A stretch of DNA of 41,739 nucleotides from Bacteroidales bacterium (GTDB lineage: Bacteria; Bacteroidota; Bacteroidia; Bacteroidales; UBA7960): positions 1 through 41,739 of the forward strand of contig PXAA01000066.1 in assembly GCA_003567205.1 (NCBI GenBank). Reading direction: 5' to 3'. Position numbers and translations under genes: made by a program. The stretch's first letter is position 1. Each line of letters begins with the position of its first letter. A model generated the notes under the pieces. That model saw only the letters and a program-made list of their open reading frames with translations, ran no database searches and was not told the origin of the DNA. Positions 22,157 to 31,039 of the stretch are shown here, piece after piece.

Positions 22157-22248
22157 CAGTATGTTTGTTTAAAATGTTTTGCAGCCAGAATTCCTGTTAC
22201 GAAGTGGCTTTAAAACAACATTTATTGAACACCATTTTTTTAGGACTG

Positions 22249-22256
22249 CAAAATTA
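22249..22256 (-). promoter_or_regulatory. -7 element (TAATTTTG) of rpmE2
   Basis: TAnnTTTG followed by CAGTCC, the same downstream hexamer as at rpsA. Confidence 0.65.
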
Positions 22257-22295
22257 GCAAAAAAATTTTAATAAAAAAGAATTTGCCATAAAGTT

Positions 22296-23540
22296 TTACT
22301 CAAGCGCATTCACAACCAGGCCGCTACGCAGTTTTGGCTCAAACCATGTCGTTTTAGGTGGCATGATGTTGCCGGTATCTGCAATATCCATTAATTGCTT
22401 CATGGTAACCGGGTACAGGGCAAAAGCCACCTGCATTTCACCACTGTCGATCCTGCGCTTTAATTCACCCAGGCCCCGTATACCACCAATAAAATCAATA
22501 CGCTTATCGGTACGCAGGTTCTTGATCCCCAAAATGGGCTCAAGGACCGATTTCGACAAAATGGTCACATCCAGCACCCCAATGGGATCACTGTCATTAT
22601 AGGTGTGCGGTTTGGCTTTCAGTGCATACCAATCACCATCCAGGTACATGCCCATGGTATGCAGGGATGATGGTTTGTATTCCGACTTCCCCACTTTCTT
22701 CACCTCAAAACCACTGGTCAGTTTTTCAATAAACGCTTCTTTGCTCAGCCCGTTCAGGTCTTTTATGACCCGGTTGTAATCAATAATGGTAAGCTGATCG
22801 TCCGGAAACAAAACAGCCATAAAATAATTGTAAGGCTCATTACCGGTATGCCCGGGATTGTTGTCTTTCTTCTCTTTTCCGACCAATGCAGCAGCAGCTG
22901 TTCTGTGATGACCGTCGGCCACATAAAAGTATGGGACCCCGGCAAACAGCTTTTCAACCATCTCTATTGTTTTTTCATCATCGATCACCCAAAAGTGATG
23001 TCCGAAACCATCATCGGCCATAAAATCATATACCGGGGGGGGCTGCACCACATTTTCCACAATCGCGTCAATGGCCGCCACCTTCGCATAAGTAAAAAAT
23101 ACCGGTTCGGCATTGGCATTGGTTATGCGCACATGCTTCATACGGTCTTCCTCTTTGTCCGGGCGTGTCAATTCGTGCTTCTTGATGATGTCATTCAGGT
23201 AATCTTCCACACCTGCACATCCGACAATGCCATACTGTGTTTTCTCACCCCAACTTTGGGCATATACATAGTAATTGGGCTTTTCATCCCTTACCAGGTA
23301 CCTCTTTTTCAGGAATGCATGAAAATTTTCCCTGGCCTTGTCGTAAACTTGCTGTGAATACAAATCGATGCCTTCGGGGAGTTCAATTTCGGGTTTAACT
23401 ACACGCAAAAAGCTATAAGGATTGTCGCCGGCTTCATTGCGTGCTTCTTCCGAATTCAGCACATCATAAGGTCTGGAAGCCAAATCTTTCACTATTACTT
23501 TCGGAGGCCTGTAGCCCCTGAAAGGTTTTAAAATTGCCAT
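22296..23540 (-). CDS. DUF1015 family protein (ParB/Srx-like fold)
   Basis: PYDV, IKKHELTRPDKE, YVADGHHRTAAA, MPPKTTWFEPKLRSGL. Confidence 0.88.
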   Translation of the reverse strand: MAILKPFRGYRPPKVIVKDLASRPYDVLNSEEARNEAGDNPYSFLRVVKPEIELPEGIDLYSQQVYDKARENFHAFLKKRYLVRDEKPNYYVYAQSWGEKTQYGIVGCAGVEDYLNDIIKKHELTRPDKEEDRMKHVRITNANAEPVFFTYAKVAAIDAIVENVVQPPPVYDFMADDGFGHHFWVIDDEKTIEMVEKLFAGVPYFYVADGHHRTAAAALVGKEKKDNNPGHTGNEPYNYFMAVLFPDDQLTIIDYNRVIKDLNGLSKEAFIEKLTSGFEVKKVGKSEYKPSSLHTMGMYLDGDWYALKAKPHTYNDSDPIGVLDVTILSKSVLEPILGIKNLRTDKRIDFIGGIRGLGELKRRIDSGEMQVAFALYPVTMKQLMDIADTGNIMPPKTTWFEPKLRSGLVVNALE

Positions 23541-23604
23541 TTTGATAAAATTTATTCAGATTAAACATTTGCTTTGACAGGGATCAAGGATAACAAACCC
23601 CGGA

Positions 23605-24528
23605 TTACTTATTCACCTGGAAGGTAGTGTCTCCTTTTTCCAGGAAATTGACAATTTGAGTGGCAGCAGCGATACCCGCATTAATATTTGCTTCCGCTGT
23701 TTGGGCACCCATTTTTTTTGCTGTGAACACAAAACGTCCGGGATATTTACTTTCAATCTCTTCGCGGCAATCAGGCGCTAAATCAGACAAATAGTTAAAG
23801 TCGGCCCGCTCCTCCATGAGTTTCAGCAATCCTGCTTCATCAATGACTTCTTTCCTGGCTGTATTGACCAGGGTGCCTTTTTTGGGCATTACAGAAAGCA
23901 GGTTATATCCTATGGATTTTTTTGTTTTTTCATTGGAAGGGATATGCAGGGAAACAAAATCGCAGGTTTTGTACAATTCCTGCTCTGTTTCAAGGGGTTT
24001 AATCCCGTCTTTTTCAATCACCGCATTGTCCACAAAGGGGTCAAATGCGTATAGATCCATACCAAATCCCTTTGCAATTCCGGCTAAGTATTTCCCCACA
24101 TTTCCATAAGCATGAATGCCAAGTTTTTTGCCACGAAGTTCGCTTCCGGAGGTGCCATCAAATCCCTTTCTTACATGATACAGCATCATGCCAAAGGCGA
24201 GTTCTGCCACTGCATTGGAGTTCTGCCCGGGCGTGTTCATTGCCACAATCCCTTTTGCGGTGGATGCATCCAGATCGATATTGTCATAACCGGCTCCCGC
24301 CCTGACAATGATTTTAAGCTGCGGAGCAGCGTCAATTATATCGGCTGTAGCCTTATCGCTGCGGATGATCATGGCATCCACACCGGCAACTGCCTGCTTC
24401 AATTCTTCAGGTGATGTATATTTTTCCAGTAAGACCAATTCGTAACCTGCCTTGTCAAGCACTTCCCTGATGCCATTAACGGCTGCAGGGGCAAAAGGCT
24501 TTTCGGTTGCAACCAATACTTTTTTCAT
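23605..24528 (-). CDS. serA: D-3-phosphoglycerate dehydrogenase, short type IIIK
   Basis: IIRS, RAGAGYDNID, NTPGQNSNAVAE, VNTAR, KKMGAQTAEA (Lys in place of the catalytic His). No ACT domain. Lies downstream of serC. Confidence 0.85.
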   Translation of the reverse strand: MKKVLVATEKPFAPAAVNGIREVLDKAGYELVLLEKYTSPEELKQAVAGVDAMIIRSDKATADIIDAAPQLKIIVRAGAGYDNIDLDASTAKGIVAMNTPGQNSNAVAELAFGMMLYHVRKGFDGTSGSELRGKKLGIHAYGNVGKYLAGIAKGFGMDLYAFDPFVDNAVIEKDGIKPLETEQELYKTCDFVSLHIPSNEKTKKSIGYNLLSVMPKKGTLVNTARKEVIDEAGLLKLMEERADFNYLSDLAPDCREEIESKYPGRFVFTAKKMGAQTAEANINAGIAAATQIVNFLEKGDTTFQVNK

Positions 24529-24551
24529 GATACACTGTTTTTTGGATTTAT

Positions 24552-24592
24552 AAAAAGCCTTCCCCCAACTGCCCGCGACAGGTGGGGAAAGG
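24552..24592 (-). terminator. Terminator-like hairpin between serC and serA
   Basis: The - strand reads CCTTTCCCCACCTG...CAGTTGGGGGAAGG followed by CTTTTT. Confidence 0.6.
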
Positions 24593-24614
24593 AAGATTGT
24601 TATAAAAAAAATTG

Positions 24615-25688
24615 TTATTTCACATGCTGCTTTTCAAAAGCCTGCATCACATCAATCAAGGCCTGGACACTTTCCCTGGGCATGGCATTATAGGTCGATG
24701 CCCGGAAACCGCCAACTGAGCGGTGGCCCTTAATTCCCACCATGCCTTTCGAAAGGGCAAATTCCAGGAAGTCTTTCTCAAGGGCCTGGTATTCATCCTT
24801 CATTACAAAACAGATATTCATAATCGAACGGCTGTCTTTTTCAGCAGTTCCCACAAACAATGGATTGCGGTCAATCTCATTGTAAAGCAGATCAGCTTTT
24901 TCCTGGTTCATCTCCTGCATCACCTTGACCCCGCCGAGTTTTTTCAGCCACCGGAGGGTTTCCATGCAAGTGTATATGGGCAAACATGGTGGGGTATTAA
25001 ACATAGAGCCCTTGTCGATGTGGGTATTATAATCCAGCATTGTGGGAATATACCTTTCTGCTTTGCCAAGGATATCATCGCGGATGATCACAAAAGTGGC
25101 ACCGGCAGGCCCAAGGTTCTTCTGTGCCCCACCATAGATAATGGCATATTTTGATATGTCAACGTAGCGACTGAAGATGTCTGAACTCATATCTGCAACC
25201 AAGGGGACCGGGCTGTCATAATCTTCAAGAATCTCGGTGCCAAAGATGGTATTATTGGTCGTAATGTGGAAGTAATCAACATCTTCAGGAATCTTGAACC
25301 CTTTGGGAATGTAATTGAAGTTTTTGTCGGCCGAGGAAGCCACCACATCGACCTCACCAAATCCTTTGGCCTCTTTGATGGCTTTCTTTGCCCAGGTACC
25401 GGTTTCCAGATATGCGGCTTTTTTATTCAACAGGTTGTAAGGCACCATACAAAACTGCATGCTGGCCCCGCCGCCAAGGAAAAGCACATGGTAGTTCGCC
25501 GGAATATCCAGCAATTCCCTGAACAAGGCCACCGTTTCGTCCATTACAGCCTGGAAATCTTTGCCGCGATGAGATATCTCCATTACAGACAAACCAATGC
25601 CATTAAGGTCAAGAACCGCCTTGGCGGTGTTTTCGATGACTTCTTGTGCCAGAATTGAAGGCCCGGCACTAAAATTATGTTTTTTCAT
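24615..25688 (-). CDS. serC: Phosphoserine aminotransferase
   Basis: [59 protein letters not shown]. Confidence 0.97.
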   Translation of the reverse strand: MKKHNFSAGPSILAQEVIENTAKAVLDLNGIGLSVMEISHRGKDFQAVMDETVALFRELLDIPANYHVLFLGGGASMQFCMVPYNLLNKKAAYLETGTWAKKAIKEAKGFGEVDVVASSADKNFNYIPKGFKIPEDVDYFHITTNNTIFGTEILEDYDSPVPLVADMSSDIFSRYVDISKYAIIYGGAQKNLGPAGATFVIIRDDILGKAERYIPTMLDYNTHIDKGSMFNTPPCLPIYTCMETLRWLKKLGGVKVMQEMNQEKADLLYNEIDRNPLFVGTAEKDSRSIMNICFVMKDEYQALEKDFLEFALSKGMVGIKGHRSVGGFRASTYNAMPRESVQALIDVMQAFEKQHVK

Positions 25689-25871
25689 ATCTATTGATTT
25701 TTTTGGTGAATAATATGGTTCTTATATATTAGGGAAAAACACTTTTAAGCCCAAGCGGTATGTTGGGGTGCTAACACTGCAAATATGGGAAAATAAAACC
25801 ATTGGGAAAAGAAAAGCCGCAAAAATTTTCCTTACCTTAGGCTTCAGAGTTTAACAAAGCGCAATAGATAA

Positions 25872-26957
25872 ATGCAAGAAGTTATTAAAAAACGGATCAG
25901 GGTTTTTACCTCACTGGGCGATCATATGCGGCAGGCGGTCAATGCACTCAGGCAGACGGATCAAGAAACACAGGGGCTTCCGGATCATACCCGGCATTTA
26001 TATCAGACGGCGCTTCGTTGTGCCCGACAAAACCCTTGGTTCACCCATGGTGAAATTGCCAGGGCATTCATGGCCATTTCCGAAATGCTTCAGGCATCCG
26101 TATTACATAAATGGGCCAGTCAATATCCATCCCTGGGCAGTGGGAATGGCAATCCCCTGAGAATCGCTGTCATCATGGCCGGCAACATACCACTGGCAGG
26201 TTTTCACGACATGCTAAGTGTGCTGATGTCCGGACATCATTTTACAGGCAAGCTTTCTTCGCAAGATGATCAGTTGCCTGTGGCTGTTGCAGATGTTCTT
26301 ACTGCACTGGATCCCAGCCTGGAGGGACGTATAGAATGGTCAGCCCAAAGTGTTAAAAAAGCGGATGCCGTAATTGCCACGGGGAGTGACAACAGCGCCC
26401 GTTATTTTGAATATTATTTCGGGGACATCCCGCATATCATCAGAAAAAACCGAAATTCCGCAGCCTTACTTAGTGGCAATGAATCAACACAGGATCTTGA
26501 ACGACTCGGTATGGATATTTTCTCTTATTTTGGGATGGGTTGCCGGAATGTGTCCCTCCTGTTGGTGCCGGAATCTTTTAATCTGAACCGCCTGGGCATT
26601 GCCTGGAAACCATTCCGTAAAGTTTTACAGAATGAAAAGTATATGCATAACATCCAATACCATAAAGCATTTTTGAGCGTAAATGCCACGCCATTTATAG
26701 ATATGGAATGTATTCTTCTTCAGAAAAGTCCTGAACTTGCCTCACCGGTTTCGGTTCTGCACTATTGGTATTACAAAAATTTTCCTGAAGCAGTGCAATT
26801 GATCCGCAAATGCCAGGAGCGCCTGCAGTGCGTGGCTTGTGAACAGGATATAAATCTTGACGGGGTTGATATGGTTGCATTGGGGAAAACGCAGCAACCC
26901 ACCCTCTGGGATTACGCCGACAGAGTCGACACCATACAGTTTTTGTTAAACATCTGA
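25872..26957 (+). CDS. LuxC-like acyl-CoA reductase
   Basis: NPWF, IMAGNIPLAGFHD, KLSSQD, IATGSDNSARYF, YFGMGCRNVS (catalytic Cys), QQPTLWDYADRVDT. Confidence 0.85.
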   Translation: MQEVIKKRIRVFTSLGDHMRQAVNALRQTDQETQGLPDHTRHLYQTALRCARQNPWFTHGEIARAFMAISEMLQASVLHKWASQYPSLGSGNGNPLRIAVIMAGNIPLAGFHDMLSVLMSGHHFTGKLSSQDDQLPVAVADVLTALDPSLEGRIEWSAQSVKKADAVIATGSDNSARYFEYYFGDIPHIIRKNRNSAALLSGNESTQDLERLGMDIFSYFGMGCRNVSLLLVPESFNLNRLGIAWKPFRKVLQNEKYMHNIQYHKAFLSVNATPFIDMECILLQKSPELASPVSVLHYWYYKNFPEAVQLIRKCQERLQCVACEQDINLDGVDMVALGKTQQPTLWDYADRVDTIQFLLNI

Positions 26958-26993
26958 GTCTGGCGGATATTTGCTATTAATGCAGCAAACATG

Positions 26994-27001
26994 TATATTT
27001 G
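26994..27001 (+). promoter_or_regulatory. -7 element (TATATTTG) for the pcm operon
   Basis: TAnnTTTG 22 nt before ATG 27024. Confidence 0.6.
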
Positions 27002-27023
27002 CTGGTAAGTGAATCTTGAGTAT

Positions 27024-27719
27024 ATGAAAAAAAAACTTATTTTTCCCCTGCTGCTCCTTGTTTGTATCGCTCCCGAAGTATGGGCCGATTCCTTTGAAAG
27101 AGATCGTAATGCCATGGTGCGCAGTCAGATACGTGCCAGAGGCATTCGCGATCATGCCACCCTTGAGGCCATGCGTTCTGTGCCCAGGCATTTGTACGTT
27201 CCGGCCGCGCAGATGCGCTTTGCCTATCATGACAGGCCCCTTCCAATCGGGTACGGACAAACCATATCCCAACCATATATTGTTGCTTACATGACAGAGA
27301 TCATCAGGCCAAAACCCGATCATAAAGTGCTTGAAATAGGCACCGGTTCGGGTTACCAGGCAGCAATACTTGCAGAGATTATAGACCAGGTATACACCAT
27401 TGAAATTATAAGACCACTGGGTGATCAGGCACGCCGGAAACTGGAAGCCCAGTACAACAACGTGCATGTAAAGATTGCAGACGGTTATTATGGATGGGAA
27501 GAACATGCACCCTTTGATGCCATCGTGGTGACTGCTGCTGCAGAATACATTCCCCCTCCCCTGGTCGAGCAACTAAAAGCGGGGGGGCGTATGATCATCC
27601 CCGTAGGCTCCCCCTTCCAGATGCAACACCTCATGCTGGTGGAAAAAAAGGAAGACGGGGAAATTACCACCCGCAGCCTTATGCCGGTGCGTTTTGTTCC
27701 TTTTGATAGAGCCGATTGA
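27024..27719 (+). CDS. pcm: Protein-L-isoaspartate(D-aspartate) O-methyltransferase with a predicted signal peptide
   Basis: VPRHLYV, PLPIGYGQTISQPYIVA, VLEIGTGSGYQAA, APFDAIVVTAA, QLKAGGRMIIPVG, VRFVP. N-terminus MKKKLIFPLLLLVCIAPEVWA. Confidence 0.93.
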   Translation: MKKKLIFPLLLLVCIAPEVWADSFERDRNAMVRSQIRARGIRDHATLEAMRSVPRHLYVPAAQMRFAYHDRPLPIGYGQTISQPYIVAYMTEIIRPKPDHKVLEIGTGSGYQAAILAEIIDQVYTIEIIRPLGDQARRKLEAQYNNVHVKIADGYYGWEEHAPFDAIVVTAAAEYIPPPLVEQLKAGGRMIIPVGSPFQMQHLMLVEKKEDGEITTRSLMPVRFVPFDRAD

Positions 27720-27721
27720 AT

Positions 27722-30160
27722 ATGAATGCGACCCCTGAGCATGCAGGCACGAGACTGATCGTCAGCCTGGCTTTGCACTCCGCAGCCATCATAGCTTTTC
27801 AGCTTGCATTGATGCAGTTGATCTCCATCGTACAATGGCACCATTTTGCCTATATGATTATTTCTGTAGCCATGCTGGGGTTTGGTGCCAGTGGCACTTT
27901 ACTGGCTCTGGCCAGGGAAAAACTGCTGGCAAATTCCGATTGGCTCGTTCCGTTGTTAATGACCATCAGCGGACTATGCATGATGGGGGCCTTCCCCATC
28001 ACCAGAATCGGCTTTTTTCAGTTTGATGTATATCTTTTGTTTGTTGAAAGTTCACAATTCCCTGTTCTTGCAGCCAACTATCTGATATATTTTGTTCCCT
28101 TTTTTACTGGCGCACTGGCCATCGGCATTCTCTTTATCAAACATACCCGGAAAATTGGCACCTACTATTTTTCCAACCTGCTGGGCTCAGGCATTGGCGG
28201 ATTGCTGGTATTGTTTGTTTTCGGGAATATTTACCCCCAACTGGTACCTCCCCTGGCAGGTCTTTTTTCGGTTATTGCCGGCTTGCTTGGTATTGGCAGA
28301 AAGTACTACAGGTTACACCTGGTTATTGGTATCCTTGCAATAGCCACAGCCACTGTCCTAATTCGTCAGCCTGGCTCGATTCCCATATCCCAATACAAAA
28401 GCCTGGCACAAGCCATGAATCTTCCTGGGGCAAAAGTAATATACAGCAACCCGGATATTCATGGTCTTATTGAAGTGGTTTCATCGCCCGCACTGCGATT
28501 CGCCCCGGCCCTCAGCCTTTCTTTTACCGGCGAAGTCCCGGTTAAGAAAAATATTTTTGTGAATGGAAATTTTTATGGGGTCATTCCACAATATTCATAC
28601 GAACAAACAACCCACATCCTCGATTACACCACCCAGGCATTGCCATGGGCCATACAGGAAGGCAAGACAATATTATTGATCAACGCGGGCGAAGGCGCCC
28701 CCCTGGCGCATACCTTCTCCCGGCAGCCAACACATGTGGATGCCATAATCCCCAACGCAGGTGTGGTAAAAATGATGAAGACAGAATTTGCAGAAGAGTC
28801 CGGGGGGCTTTTTCTGCATGACGATTTACAAATTCACACCAAAGAGGCCCGAAATTTCCTGGCATCTGTTTCCAGGAAAAGCTATGACCTAATACTGCTT
28901 CCTCAACAGGATGCTTTCGGCGGAACTGCCGGGATCAATGCCCTCCAAGAGAATTATACCATGACACTTGAATCATTCAGCCTGATGTGGGAACATCTGA
29001 ACCCTGACGGGCTTATTTCTGTGTCGACCTGGACCGACTACCCTTCCAGGACCACCCTCAAGCTGTTGACCACATTGGTTCAAACCCTCTATGACAAGGG
29101 GATTACCGAACCTGAACAATACATCGCAGCCGTACGATCTTGGGGCACAATCACATTTGTGTTGAAAAAAACACCCCTCACCGAACAGGAAACCAAAAAG
29201 ATCAGGGCATTCTCGAATGAACTATTTTTTGACCCAATGCTTTTGCCTGACATCCGGGCCGAAGAAAGGCAAAGGTATAACATGGCAGAAGATGAAGACT
29301 TTTTTTCGTATGTAGACAAAATTATGGCCGGTGACCGCCGGTTTGTGGAAGAATACGGCTTTATGATACAACCTGCCAGGGATGACAAACCCTACTTTTC
29401 CCAGTTTCTTAAGCTAAAGAACATTCGGCGAATGGCTGAAATTTTTGGTGGTGGGCAGGTCCCATTCCTGGAGCTCGGATACCTGATTGTGCTCGTCACC
29501 CTGGTACAAAGCGTCTTTTTGGCTTTACTTTTTATAATTCTGCCCTTGCTCAGACTTCGTAAAAGCCGGCAGGGGAAGGGGGGTACGCTTTTGTATTTCG
29601 GTGCACTGGGTATTGGTTATATGTTTGTGGAAATCATCCTGATACAGCGTTTTGTCCTGTATTTTGGACATCCGGTATACGCCATTTCGGCTGTAATAAG
29701 CACCATGCTCGTTGCCAGTGGGGTGGGAAGTCTAATCTCAGGGAAACTGCCGGCCATTCCACGTTCGCCGACAATAATTGGTTTATTAATTGGTATAATG
29801 TTGCTGGGCTACACCTTCCTGCTGACATCCGTCCTTCAGTGGACCATTGCCATTACATTGCCGCTGAAAATCATCATAAGCTTTCTGCTAATCGGTATTC
29901 CCTCTTTTTTCAAAGGAATGATGTTTCCTCTGGGTATACGTTTTATATCGGAATATGACGTCAGCCAGACGCCGTGGGCATGGGGCATCAACGGATCTTT
30001 TTCCGTAATCAGCACTTCCCTGGCCATGCTGATTGCAGTTGAATCGGGTTTCATGGTGGTAATGGCCGTGGCAGTGAGCTGTTATTTGATCGCATCTGCT
30101 GTGTTTATTTTTCACCGCAAAATATTCCGGCAAAACCCCAAACCCCAATCAATCCATTAA
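27722..30160 (+). CDS. Multi-pass membrane protein with a central spermidine-synthase-like SAM-binding domain
   Basis: About 7 N-terminal TM helices (HHFAYMIISVAMLGFGASG, YFSNLLGSGIG). Soluble Rossmann-like domain (LLINAGEG, EARNFL, YDLILL, ENYTMTLE, HLNPDG, DDKPYF). About 6-7 C-terminal TM helices (YFGALGIGYMFVE, GMMFPLG, WAWGING). Confidence 0.75.
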   Translation: MNATPEHAGTRLIVSLALHSAAIIAFQLALMQLISIVQWHHFAYMIISVAMLGFGASGTLLALAREKLLANSDWLVPLLMTISGLCMMGAFPITRIGFFQFDVYLLFVESSQFPVLAANYLIYFVPFFTGALAIGILFIKHTRKIGTYYFSNLLGSGIGGLLVLFVFGNIYPQLVPPLAGLFSVIAGLLGIGRKYYRLHLVIGILAIATATVLIRQPGSIPISQYKSLAQAMNLPGAKVIYSNPDIHGLIEVVSSPALRFAPALSLSFTGEVPVKKNIFVNGNFYGVIPQYSYEQTTHILDYTTQALPWAIQEGKTILLINAGEGAPLAHTFSRQPTHVDAIIPNAGVVKMMKTEFAEESGGLFLHDDLQIHTKEARNFLASVSRKSYDLILLPQQDAFGGTAGINALQENYTMTLESFSLMWEHLNPDGLISVSTWTDYPSRTTLKLLTTLVQTLYDKGITEPEQYIAAVRSWGTITFVLKKTPLTEQETKKIRAFSNELFFDPMLLPDIRAEERQRYNMAEDEDFFSYVDKIMAGDRRFVEEYGFMIQPARDDKPYFSQFLKLKNIRRMAEIFGGGQVPFLELGYLIVLVTLVQSVFLALLFIILPLLRLRKSRQGKGGTLLYFGALGIGYMFVEIILIQRFVLYFGHPVYAISAVISTMLVASGVGSLISGKLPAIPRSPTIIGLLIGIMLLGYTFLLTSVLQWTIAITLPLKIIISFLLIGIPSFFKGMMFPLGIRFISEYDVSQTPWAWGINGSFSVISTSLAMLIAVESGFMVVMAVAVSCYLIASAVFIFHRKIFRQNPKPQSIH

Positions 30161-30197
30161 GCAAACAACAAGGCGCCTTGCGCTGCACCCAAACCTT

Positions 30198-31034
30198 ATG
30201 AAAAACCACATCACAAGCCTTCAGAACCCCCTTGTAAAACAGATCCTGCAGCTCCAGAAGAAATCATCTGAACGAAAAAAAACCGGCCTGTTTGTCGCTG
30301 AAGGACGCCGCGAAGTATCCCTTGCCCTTTCCCGGGGTTTTGAACCCTTGCATATTTTGCTTTGTGAAGACATCTTTGAAAATGACCCTGCCTACCCCAT
30401 CAAAACGGACAAAAATGCGATACATCCAATTACGCCTGTAAGCCATGTGGTTTACAATAAACTGGCTTACCGTAATGATGCAGAAGGTGTTTTGCTGGTA
30501 GGTAAACAGCGCTTGCTTAGCCCTCACGATCTGACTATGCCAGGAAATCCACTCATTCTGGTGACAGAAGGCATGGAGAAACCCGGGAACCTGGGAGCCA
30601 TCCTTCGTACAGCGGATGCAGCAGGGGTGACGGCCATCATTCTTGCCGATTGTAAAACCGACCTGTACAACCCAAATGCCATAAGGGCAAGTCTGGGATG
30701 TGTATTTACGGTTCCTGCAGCAATATGCAGCAGCAAGGAGGCCATTGGCTGGATTAATGACCACAACTGTTGGGGCACTGGCACTCCCAAGGTTTTTGTG
30801 GCAACACTACAAACAAACACCGCATATTTCGAGGCAAACATGAAGGGACCCACCGTCCTGGCCTTTGGAGCGGAAGACAAAGGCCTGTCAGGTATCTGGA
30901 GGACAGATGCCTGCCAGGCAATCCGCATACCCATGGCAGGAGCCATAGATTCACTGAATGTATCGGCCTCTGTGGCCATATTATGCTTTGAGGCAGTCAG
31001 GCAGAGATTTCAAAAACAGGTAATCACGGGTTAA
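30198..31034 (+). CDS. TrmH/SpoU family RNA methyltransferase
   Basis: ITSLQNP, EKPGNLGAILRTADAAG, FGAEDKGL, IPMAGAIDSLNVSAS. Confidence 0.92.
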   Translation: MKNHITSLQNPLVKQILQLQKKSSERKKTGLFVAEGRREVSLALSRGFEPLHILLCEDIFENDPAYPIKTDKNAIHPITPVSHVVYNKLAYRNDAEGVLLVGKQRLLSPHDLTMPGNPLILVTEGMEKPGNLGAILRTADAAGVTAIILADCKTDLYNPNAIRASLGCVFTVPAAICSSKEAIGWINDHNCWGTGTPKVFVATLQTNTAYFEANMKGPTVLAFGAEDKGLSGIWRTDACQAIRIPMAGAIDSLNVSASVAILCFEAVRQRFQKQVITG

Positions 31035-31039
31035 GAGGC

